Assembly: GCA_049296775.1 (NCBI GenBank)
Contig: JBAQTB010000001.1
Coordinates: forward strand, 357,284-421,283
DNA length: 64,000 bases
Direction: 5' to 3'
From: Patescibacteria group bacterium
GTDB lineage: Bacteria > Patescibacteriota > Patescibacteriia > UBA9934
Position numbers and translations under genes: made by a program. Under the pieces are notes generated by a model. The model made no database searches and was not told the DNA's origin. It saw only the letters and a list, made by a program, of their open reading frames with translations. This document shows positions 56,270-64,000 of the stretch, piece by piece (the stretch's first letter is position 1; the number at the start of each line of letters is the position of its first letter).

Positions 56270-57262
56270 ATGTCAAAACCAAAAGGAGGGCTGGGCCGAG
56301 GTTTGGGATCTTTGATTGGTCCTGGTTCGGGGTCTGTGCCTTTGAAACCAGCGGTGGTGACCGAGCTGATGGATGAGCATCGTCCGGTGGCTAATCGGAT
56401 GATGGAGTCAGTGGCCGAGGTGTCGCCTGAGGCTATGGATGCGGCGTCTGAGTTTTTGCCTGAACCAGTTGCTGGTGATGCTCAAGATTTGCGGATTAAA
56501 TACGTTGATCCAGCAGTGATCAAGGTGAATAGCCAGCAGCCGCGTACGTATTTTGATGGTGAAGCTTTATCTGATTTGAAGGCGAGTATTTTAGAGCACG
56601 GAATTTTGCAGCCGCTCGTGGTCATTGAGGCAGGTAAAGGCAAGTATGAATTGATCGCTGGTGAGCGACGTTTACGGGCGTCTAAGGATTTGGGTTTGGA
56701 GCAGATTCCGGTGATTATTCGACCACATGCGGATGAACAGCAGAAGCTGGAATTGGCTTTGATTGAGAATATTCAACGTCAGGATTTGAATGCGGTGGAA
56801 GAGGCCAGGGCTTACCAAGCCTTGATTAATGAGTTTAATTTACGTCAGGAAGATATTGCCGCTAGGGTAGGTAAGGCTAGGTCCACAATTACAAATTCTC
56901 TCAGACTTTTGGATTTAGAGAAGGATATTTTGGAAGCTTTGGCCGACGGCAGAATTTCTAGAAGTCACGCCAGGACTTTATTGGCGGAGCCGGTACCTAG
57001 CAGACGACGGGATATTTTTGCGCAAATGTTAACAGGCGAGATGACGGTGAGACAAGCCGAAGCTAAAGCTGGCGGTAAGAATCGTAAATTAATCGCTAGT
57101 AAAGATCCAAATATTACGGCTTTGGAGGCAGAGTTGCGGGAGGCTTTGGGGACAAAAGTGAGTATTGAGATGCAGGGTGGGACGGGCAAAGTGGTGGTAC
57201 ATTTCTATTCAAGAGAGGACTTGAAGGAGTTGATGACCAAGTTTACCGGACGCGCTTCATAA
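56270..57262 (+). CDS. parB: chromosome partitioning protein ParB/Spo0J
   Basis: N-terminal GLGRGLGSLI, ParB box GERRLRAS, HTH. Confidence 0.9.
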   Translation: MSKPKGGLGRGLGSLIGPGSGSVPLKPAVVTELMDEHRPVANRMMESVAEVSPEAMDAASEFLPEPVAGDAQDLRIKYVDPAVIKVNSQQPRTYFDGEALSDLKASILEHGILQPLVVIEAGKGKYELIAGERRLRASKDLGLEQIPVIIRPHADEQQKLELALIENIQRQDLNAVEEARAYQALINEFNLRQEDIAARVGKARSTITNSLRLLDLEKDILEALADGRISRSHARTLLAEPVPSRRRDIFAQMLTGEMTVRQAEAKAGGKNRKLIASKDPNITALEAELREALGTKVSIEMQGGTGKVVVHFYSREDLKELMTKFTGRAS

Positions 57263-58721
57263 TTGATGACCACAGACCGGTTTTAGTGCCGCGGAGAGCG
57301 TCCTTGATTTTTTCACGGGCGTGTCTAGTTTTTACAAAAGTTAGCCAGTCTTCATTGGGGAGTTTGCGATTTTTATCCACGATAATTTCACACAGATCGC
57401 CGGATTTGAGAGACGTCTCTAAGCTGGCGATTTCGCCATTGATGCGTGTTTGTACGGCTTTATTCCCAATTTCTGAGTGGATAGCGTAGGCTAGATCAAT
57501 TGGGGTGGAGTGCTCTGGGAGGTCGATAACATCTCCGCGGGGTGTAAAGACGAAGATGCGGTCGCTGAACATGTCGAGCTTGAGTTCATTTAGGTGCTGC
57601 ATGAAATCAGAGGTCGAAAGTTCTTTCTGGATTTGGGCTAATTCTTCCATCCAACGCACCTGACGCTCATGTGGGGTGGTGATGCCAGTTTCTTTGTAGC
57701 GCCAGTGAGCGGCGACACCGTATTCATTTTCCTCGTGCATTTGTTGGGTACGGATTTGGAATTCTAACACTGAGCCTTGTTCATCAAAGACTGAGGTATG
57801 CAGTGACTGATAGCCGTTAGGTTTGGGTTGGGCGATATAATCCTTGATACGACCTGGGAGGGGCGTGTAAAGTCCGTGCAGAATGCCTAGCGCAGCGTAG
57901 CAAGATGGCACGTCTTCCGTAACAATTCTGAGAGCGACGATGTCGTAAACTTTGCCGATATCGCTTTTGTATCTGAGTAATTTGCGGTGCAGACTGTAAC
58001 AGTGTTTAACACGACCATGGAGGGCGACATTTTGAATGCCGTGTTTACGTAATTCAAAATCAACATTTTTCAGAGCTCTATCCATGGCGGGGCCAAATTT
58101 TTTGACCCGTTCTTCTAGGAGGTGCTGGGTCCAGCTGTATTCTTTAGGCTGTAAATATTTAAAGGCGTAGTCTTCAAACAGACCGCGGTATTCACCCATG
58201 CCAAGGCGGTTAGCAATGGGGGCGTAAATTTCCAGCACTTCTTTAGCGATACGCATGCGTTTCTTCTCTTCTAGCGCGTAGAGGGTCTCCATGTTGTGCA
58301 TGCGGTCAGCGAATTTGATAAAAATCACGCGCACGTCAGCCGCCATGGCTACGAACATTTTGCGCAGATTTTCCGCATAGCGATCTTCGCCCCGATACTT
58401 CACTTTACCCAGTTTAGTGACGGCCCCCACCATGCTGGCGATATCTTCACCAAATTCTCGACTGACGTCTTCAATGGTGTGCACGGTGTCTTCTGGAACG
58501 TCATGCAACAGGCCGGCGGTAATGACGGCGCTAGGCAGTTTTAGGTCTGCCAACTTGCCGGCGACGCTGGCGGAGTGGGCAAAGTAGGGCTCACCGGTGA
58601 CGCGTGTTTGGCCAGCGTGAGCCGCTTTGGCGTACGCAAAAGCTCGCTCTACGAGCGCAATGTCATCTTGAGAGTAGTGACTATCAAGTTTTTCTTTGAA
58701 TTTTTCGAATTCAATTGACAT
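57243..58721 (-). CDS. rel: bifunctional (p)ppGpp synthetase/hydrolase Rel/SpoT, C-terminally truncated form
   Basis: HD hydrolase domain (HD..ED), synthetase domain (RIVTEDVPSCYAALGILHGLYTP...), TGS domain. The ORF ends after TGS (492 aa); no ACT/RRM region. Confidence 0.88.
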   Translation of the reverse strand: MSIEFEKFKEKLDSHYSQDDIALVERAFAYAKAAHAGQTRVTGEPYFAHSASVAGKLADLKLPSAVITAGLLHDVPEDTVHTIEDVSREFGEDIASMVGAVTKLGKVKYRGEDRYAENLRKMFVAMAADVRVIFIKFADRMHNMETLYALEEKKRMRIAKEVLEIYAPIANRLGMGEYRGLFEDYAFKYLQPKEYSWTQHLLEERVKKFGPAMDRALKNVDFELRKHGIQNVALHGRVKHCYSLHRKLLRYKSDIGKVYDIVALRIVTEDVPSCYAALGILHGLYTPLPGRIKDYIAQPKPNGYQSLHTSVFDEQGSVLEFQIRTQQMHEENEYGVAAHWRYKETGITTPHERQVRWMEELAQIQKELSTSDFMQHLNELKLDMFSDRIFVFTPRGDVIDLPEHSTPIDLAYAIHSEIGNKAVQTRINGEIASLETSLKSGDLCEIIVDKNRKLPNEDWLTFVKTRHAREKIKDALRGTKTGLWSSIMKRVR

Positions 58722-58772
58722 AGTCAGACCTTAAACATACCACGACGGACAAGTTCGTAAAGGGGGTAAGTT

Positions 58773-58801
58773 TTGAGCTTGAAAATGTAGTACAATAGAC
58801 T
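58773..58801 (+). promoter_or_regulatory. candidate promoter of the 108-aa/1067-aa gene pair (near-leaderless)
   Basis: TTGAGC, 17 nt, TAGACT, ending 10 nt before the ATG at 58811. Confidence 0.35.
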
Positions 58802-58810
58802 CAATCTTTT

Positions 58811-59137
58811 ATGGGAGCAAAAATACCCGAGGCAGAATTGTCAGGCTTGGCGGAAGCCAGAGAATATGGCCAGCATTTGGCGGCGTTATTAGCGTCTTCA
58901 AGTTTTACGCCTGAGCAAAAACAGGCTTGGGCGACTTTGGTGCCTGAAATGTCACCAGCACAGCTGATTAAATTTGATGACTTGTTGCGGCTGAATCTGC
59001 AGACTCAGTCGGCGGGGGAGTTAGAGCATGTGTTTGTTGATGTTCAGGCTGCCAGACACAAATTTGAGCTTTCTTTAGCGGCCCTGAATGAACAAACTCA
59101 CCAGGCGCTGGATGAAATTGAGGCTGAGCTGACTTAA
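58811..59137 (+). CDS. hypothetical small helical protein
   Basis: 108 aa, predicted all-helical, no motif recognised. Confidence 0.4.
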   Translation: MGAKIPEAELSGLAEAREYGQHLAALLASSSFTPEQKQAWATLVPEMSPAQLIKFDDLLRLNLQTQSAGELEHVFVDVQAARHKFELSLAALNEQTHQALDEIEAELT

Positions 59138-59151
59138 TAAGCGAGGATTTT

Positions 59152-62100
59152 ATGGGAGGTAAACGTGGTGGAAATGGAGTGGTGATCGATTCAACGGGGT
59201 TGGATGATTTTGGTGTTAGAGATGCTGATCGGTTGGCGAATTTAGACTCTATCCGGGCTTCATCTATTGGGAATAGGTCAAGCGAGATGGAACCCGCTGA
59301 GGACCGGTTTGTTAAGGCTCAGGAGCGGTTGGATGAGCTTAGGGATAAGATTTTAGCGGATAAACTATTGTGGAGAGATGAGGTAGCACTAGAGGAGAAG
59401 ATCGATCTTTTAGATAATGCAACGAGGTCTAGTTTTGGCGTGATCGCTGAGTCCTATGTGAACGTTTTGATGCCGAGAGCGGAGCAGCGCTTTAAAGCTG
59501 CTATTACGGAGTTAAGGGCTTTAGATTCTGTAGTTGCAGGGCTACGGAATGGGGAGCTCAAAGCGATGGAGGCTAGGGGAGGAGATCAGGGTTTGGGGGC
59601 ACCAGTTTCACAGGCTAAGCCAAAACGTGCTAGACGTTTGGTGGCAGAGATCCCGAATAACAGTAGGTCCTACGTTACAAATGATTATAAGCGCCGTATG
59701 GCTTTAGATAAGGTCAAGGCGGCGGGTAAAACGCCGGTTAGGTCTGCTAAGGTCGATAAGGTTGAGGTGACTACTGACTGGCGTCATGATTTAGATGCCT
59801 GGTCCGAGAGATTTAATGAGGTGGATGCACGGCGGTCAGAAGCTTTAGAAGATATACGGGCCAGTGTCGGTACGGGTGAGGGCGATACAGACAGCGTGGA
59901 GGCTGTGTCGCAGGAAGCTGAGCCGGTGATTGCTAAGGCGCCTTTGTATGAGGCGGCGGCAGTCTCTACTCAAGCCGATTTGGCGCGGATGAATAATTTA
60001 GCGACTATAGCAAGTGAAGCACAAGGTGCGACGCAGCCGGAGATGGTGACAGAGGTTAAGGTAGAATCTACCGCTTTGGACCAAGTGGCCGGATTTGGTG
60101 CCGCGATTAAGGCTATTAAGCAAGCTGCTAGGAGAAAGAGCTTTGATGGCCCAGCTGCATTGATAGAGGTACAGACGATGGAAAAAATTGTCTTTGGATT
60201 ATTGGATGATTTGCGGAATAGTCCAGATGATGACTTCCAGGCAGAAGCTGAGCTAGGCAAGTTACTGGATGAGCTGCAAAAAGCGCAGCGCTTTGTGCAG
60301 GAAAAGATGCCAGTCAAGTTAGCGGGGTCAAAAGTTACATCCACTAAGCTCTCCAAGCTGGCATCTAAGGCTTCCGAGACTATGGTACCGGAGGATAGCT
60401 TGGTAGGGAGCGACGATACGGAGGATGTTGTTATTGATCCAGGTGTAGTATCTGAAGCGTCTGCAGATGGGCAGGCTGCTGAGCCGGAGCTAGTGGAAGG
60501 TGTGGATTTACCATCACTTTCAACTCCGACCGCTGCAGATACTCGCCTTAAGGCGAATGTTAGGGCTAGTCGAGCCAAATCAAGAACGAAGAGCCCCAAG
60601 GTCTTGATAGCGGATGCAGAGGGTCGACTGGTTGGGGGTGAAGAATCTGAGCCGACTGAAGATCAATTGGTTGCTAAGAAAGAGCAGCGTGTTTATTCCA
60701 CTACTGATGACGGTGAGCTGACGTCTGTTGAGGACTTGCCATTCATGTCAGTTGCCCCGTTGCCTGAAAAAGAGGCAGGGGTGAAGCTGGTTGAGATCGA
60801 GGAGGAGCCTAAGACGGTATTTGGAAGGGCTAAGAAAACTTGGAGCGGGGCCATGGATTATATTCGTCATGGTTGGCAGCGCGTTGTTGACGAGGAGATT
60901 TACGGTGAGTTAGCTCCGCAAGAATTAGATCCTACGGTTAAGGTTGGTAAAACTGAAAAGGGGGCACACTTATTGGCCGGTTTGTTGAGTGGAGTTTCGA
61001 GTACCATGGGTTTGGCGGTGATTCCGGATGCGGTGCGCTATGTGACACAGTCACGTGCGGCGAGTGCGGAAGGTTTGCAATTGAAGCAGGCGATTAAAGA
61101 GGCGGCTCGGGCTAAGTCGAGATTGTTTGGAGTAGATGCTCCAGAAGGCGAAACAGCTGAGGCCAAGCGAGAGCGCCTCTTGCAAGGTCATGCTGAGAGA
61201 AGGGCTGAGTTAGAGGCTAAAATTCAAAAGTCTAAACGGATGACGCCTAAGGTTAAGGAAGCTTTGTTGGCTAGGTTAGCTTTGGTATTGAGCGATTTTG
61301 AAGACGAAAGTGCCAAGTTGAAGGCGACGAGCGACCAGGAGATAGATGTCGGTATTCATGCTGAATTAGAGAGGCTTGAAGCGTCAACGGGTAAGTTCTT
61401 AGATGCTCATCTGACTAGCAAGGTTAGTGCAGCTAAGGTGGGACGTGAGGCGTTAAACTCTGCCATTGCACTTAGTGCTATGGCTACAGGAGCTGGGACG
61501 ATTTACATGGGTATGCACGCTTTGCGGGGACCGGCGTATGCGGCTGGAGCAATTTTTGAAAAGTACCGTCAACAAACTCGGGAGTTTGCCTTGGGTGAAC
61601 GGCAAGTTGAGGCTAATTTAAAGTCAGCTGTTAATGAGGGTTTTGCAGAGTGGTCTAAACAGTTAGCGCTGGGTAGTAGTTACACAGATAAACGTAAGGC
61701 TATTGGCACGGCGGTTAGAGTTTTGGGCTTTGGTTTGACGGGTGCAGAGACAGTCTTTGAGGGCGCGTTAGATAGGGGCCTGGGGGATGTTGCTGGGGAG
61801 GCTTTAAAGGAGGCGACTGGTCTTGAGATTGATCAGTTGCTAGAAGCTGGAGTGAAGCAGGCTAAGGCCGCATTGAAGGAGGTGTTTGCGCAGTTTGCTA
61901 CGCCTCAGGAGATTAATCTGGGTGAGACTACGGACTGGGAGCCGGTGCCTGAGGTTCCGGTGTTGGACGAGTCTCCAGTTTTCCGGGGCGAGATTCCACT
62001 CGGATCCAGGATTGAAGATATTTTAGAGTCTGGTGAGGCCGTGGTTCAGGCTAAGGAAGGTATCACTTATCCTTTGCGGCGCGTGATTGAGGCAAATCCG

Positions 62101-62355
62101 GAGGCGTATGGCTTTGATCCGGATAAAGGTTTGAGCCCGAGCATGTTTGCTAAACTGAAGGCGGTCGAAATTACTAACCGCGACGGTCAGATGAAGCAGT
62201 GGCTAACTAGTAAGGCCGTGGATAAATTGAATCTCTTCCCTGAGCTGGTAGAGGGGGAATGGCACATTGCAGCGGTGGTGGAAGGTAAGAAGTTATCTTT
62301 GTCAGATCTACAGAAACTTGGGTTCATTAGTCCGCAGCCAGCGTCAGCTAAATAA
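59152..62355 (+). CDS. large (1067 aa) low-complexity Ala/Glu/Lys-rich hypothetical protein
   Basis: Long uninterrupted ORF at typical GC. Coiled-coil/disordered composition, one hydrophobic segment near residue ~830 (AIALSAMATGAGTIYMGMHAL). No signal peptide, no recognised domain. Confidence 0.5.
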   Translation: MGGKRGGNGVVIDSTGLDDFGVRDADRLANLDSIRASSIGNRSSEMEPAEDRFVKAQERLDELRDKILADKLLWRDEVALEEKIDLLDNATRSSFGVIAESYVNVLMPRAEQRFKAAITELRALDSVVAGLRNGELKAMEARGGDQGLGAPVSQAKPKRARRLVAEIPNNSRSYVTNDYKRRMALDKVKAAGKTPVRSAKVDKVEVTTDWRHDLDAWSERFNEVDARRSEALEDIRASVGTGEGDTDSVEAVSQEAEPVIAKAPLYEAAAVSTQADLARMNNLATIASEAQGATQPEMVTEVKVESTALDQVAGFGAAIKAIKQAARRKSFDGPAALIEVQTMEKIVFGLLDDLRNSPDDDFQAEAELGKLLDELQKAQRFVQEKMPVKLAGSKVTSTKLSKLASKASETMVPEDSLVGSDDTEDVVIDPGVVSEASADGQAAEPELVEGVDLPSLSTPTAADTRLKANVRASRAKSRTKSPKVLIADAEGRLVGGEESEPTEDQLVAKKEQRVYSTTDDGELTSVEDLPFMSVAPLPEKEAGVKLVEIEEEPKTVFGRAKKTWSGAMDYIRHGWQRVVDEEIYGELAPQELDPTVKVGKTEKGAHLLAGLLSGVSSTMGLAVIPDAVRYVTQSRAASAEGLQLKQAIKEAARAKSRLFGVDAPEGETAEAKRERLLQGHAERRAELEAKIQKSKRMTPKVKEALLARLALVLSDFEDESAKLKATSDQEIDVGIHAELERLEASTGKFLDAHLTSKVSAAKVGREALNSAIALSAMATGAGTIYMGMHALRGPAYAAGAIFEKYRQQTREFALGERQVEANLKSAVNEGFAEWSKQLALGSSYTDKRKAIGTAVRVLGFGLTGAETVFEGALDRGLGDVAGEALKEATGLEIDQLLEAGVKQAKAALKEVFAQFATPQEINLGETTDWEPVPEVPVLDESPVFRGEIPLGSRIEDILESGEAVVQAKEGITYPLRRVIEANPEAYGFDPDKGLSPSMFAKLKAVEITNRDGQMKQWLTSKAVDKLNLFPELVEGEWHIAAVVEGKKLSLSDLQKLGFISPQPASAK

Positions 62356-62388
62356 AAAATCAGCAGCCCATGTGGCTGCTGATTTTTT
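62356..62388. terminator. bidirectional terminator between the large ORF and topA
   Basis: aaaaatcagcagcc-catgt-ggctgctgatttttt. Confidence 0.65.
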
Positions 62389-64000
62389 ATTTCTTACCTT
62401 TCCAGGCACGTTTGGGAGCTTTGCGTTTTTTGACGAGCATCTCAATGGCCTGTTCTCTGGTGACTGTGAGCGGATCTAGATCTTTAGGGATGGTCGCATT
62501 GGTTTTACCATCTGTGACATAAGCCCCAAACCGACCTGAGCGTACTTGGAGAGGGGTTTTAGTTTCCGGATCTTCTCCTAGGGCTACGAGTGGCTCCAGG
62601 AGCTTGCGCTTTTTCTCGGCGCCGTCAGCAAAGAGGACTTTAGCTTGTTCAAAAGTGAGTTCAGCTGGATCGACTTCTGGTGGCAGAGTTACGTTAGTAG
62701 CTCCAGCCTTGAGGTATGGACCAAATGGGCCTTTGTTGACGAGCAAGTCTTCACCAGTCTCCAGTTGACCTAAGTTACGTGGGAAGATGAGGAGTTTAAT
62801 CGCGTCTTCTAGAGTGAGGGTATCCATGAGTTGGTTCTTGTTCAGGGACGCTCGTGGTGGTTTAGGATTTTCATCTGTAGCCTCACCAACTTGCACGTAA
62901 GGACCAAAGCGACCGGTACGTACAATGATGGTTAGACCGGTTTTTGGATCCGCGCCCAATTCTCGCTCTTTCATGACATCTGCTCGGGACAGATCGGCTC
63001 CCTTTTCTACGATTAGTTCATGGAACGGGGTATAAAAATCACTCATGACCTGGCGCCAGTCGTGTTCGCCTTCTGCAATACCGTCCAGTTGGCGTTCCAT
63101 GTTGGCGGTGAAATCGTAGTCAACGATGTTGGGGAAATGCTCTTTGAGAAGATCAGTAACAATAAGCGCAGTGTCAGATGGGAAAAGTTTCTTGTTGTCA
63201 TCACGAATAACATAACCGCGATCCACCACGGTGGTGAGAGTTGGGGCGTAAGTTGATGGTCGACCGATGCCGTATTCTTCTAGCGCTTTAATCAAAGTAG
63301 CGTCAGAGTAGCGAGCGGCTGGTTCGGTAAAGTGTTGCTCAGGTCTGACCTCATTGGGCTTGCCAAGGACTTCTCCGACTGTTAAAACTGGAAGAATTTT
63401 GTCTTCTGCGGCTTGCCAGACTTTCATGAAACCAGGGAAGACCAAAGTGCTACCATTAGCTCTAAAAATGTGATCGTTACCTTCTAGATCAATGGCTGTT
63501 CGGCGCATCTTAGCGTTAGGCATTTGTGAGGCCACCGTCCGGCTCCAGATGAGGCGATAAAGTTTCCATTCGCCTGGTTCCAAAGTCTCCTTGAGGCTAT
63601 CTGGGCTGGCCGTGACGTCTGTAGGTCTGATAGCTTCGTGGGCTTCTTGAGCGCCTTTTTTACCAGTCTTATAATTCACGACTCCGGTGGCGTACTCACT
63701 GCCAAAGGTAGTTTTTAAATAAGCTTGGGTAGCCGCGGTAAATTGTTCAGCTAGGTTTTGCGAATCTGTACGCATGTAAGTAATGCGACCGGTTTCGTAC
63801 AGACGTTGTGCTAAGGTCATGGTTTGCTTGGCGCTCATGCCAAGGCGGTTGTAAGCATCCTGTTGTAGGCTGGAAGTGGTGAGCGGGGTAGGCGGCTTGC
63901 GTGAGGCCTCTTTGGTTTCAATATTTTTTACGCTAAAATCTGCGCCACTAATGGCGGTTACAATGCCGTTGGCGGTGGCTTCATCTTTAACGTCGAGTTT
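62387..64000 (-). CDS. topA: DNA topoisomerase I (5' end beyond window)
   Basis: Catalytic Tyr context ITYMRTDS, Lys-rich C-terminal tail. The reading frame continues upstream to the window edge, so the N-terminal TOPRIM domain lies outside the window. Confidence 0.9.
   Translation of the reverse strand, partial: KLDVKDEATANGIVTAISGADFSVKNIETKEASRKPPTPLTTSSLQQDAYNRLGMSAKQTMTLAQRLYETGRITYMRTDSQNLAEQFTAATQAYLKTTFGSEYATGVVNYKTGKKGAQEAHEAIRPTDVTASPDSLKETLEPGEWKLYRLIWSRTVASQMPNAKMRRTAIDLEGNDHIFRANGSTLVFPGFMKVWQAAEDKILPVLTVGEVLGKPNEVRPEQHFTEPAARYSDATLIKALEEYGIGRPSTYAPTLTTVVDRGYVIRDDNKKLFPSDTALIVTDLLKEHFPNIVDYDFTANMERQLDGIAEGEHDWRQVMSDFYTPFHELIVEKGADLSRADVMKERELGADPKTGLTIIVRTGRFGPYVQVGEATDENPKPPRASLNKNQLMDTLTLEDAIKLLIFPRNLGQLETGEDLLVNKGPFGPYLKAGATNVTLPPEVDPAELTFEQAKVLFADGAEKKRKLLEPLVALGEDPETKTPLQVRSGRFGAYVTDGKTNATIPKDLDPLTVTREQAIEMLVKKRKAPKRAWKGKK

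Noticed and set aside
1-64000. CRISPR arrays, diversity-generating retroelements, transposases or integrases
   Set aside because: No regularly spaced direct repeats of 25-40 nt, no reverse-transcriptase (YxDD) ORF, no near-identical TR/VR repeat pair, and no transposase or integrase motifs were seen in any frame.

Overview
This window is a dense, mostly single-copy housekeeping region of a small, Gram-positive-like bacterial genome, about 48-50% GC. On compositional and gene-content grounds it is possibly a reduced CPR/Patescibacteria-type genome; that is inference only. It carries gyrA, rpmF-nusB-rnc-engB, proS, hup, rny, truB, mutM, infB, trxAB, rarA, leuS, a two-ORF comEC, ndk, murA, a contiguous str/S10/spc ribosomal cluster (rpsL-rpsG-fusA-tuf-rpsJ-rplC...rplO-secY-adk-map), aspS behind a T-box leader, scpAB, parAB, a truncated rel, the 5' part of topA read backwards, and five tRNAs (Arg, Lys, Met, fMet, Leu). 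The cluster lacks L30 and carries extensions on L23, S5 and S19. The unusual parts are listed here. (1) A ~62% GC NUDIX hydrolase gene inserted between rarA and rsmB. (2) A ~57% GC orphan 434-aa ORF with a possible HNH-like motif, preceded by a ~410-bp repeat- and hairpin-rich non-coding region. (3) A short C5-TTGATAA-G5 hairpin repeat family with three copies, one inserted in-frame in leuS. (4) A ~117-nt candidate structured RNA closed by a perfect 14-bp helix, lying between divergent tRNA genes with back-to-back palindromic promoters. (5) A ~360-nt structured spacer with its own terminator between rpsJ and rplC. (6) A Phd/YefM-like orphan between fusA and tuf. (7) engB in the same frame as rnc, separated by a single TAG and with no canonical start codon. 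(8) Minimal AspRS and ProRS lacking their insertion domains. (9) A 108-aa plus 1067-aa uncharacterised gene pair. No CRISPR array, DGR, transposase or integrase was recognised.
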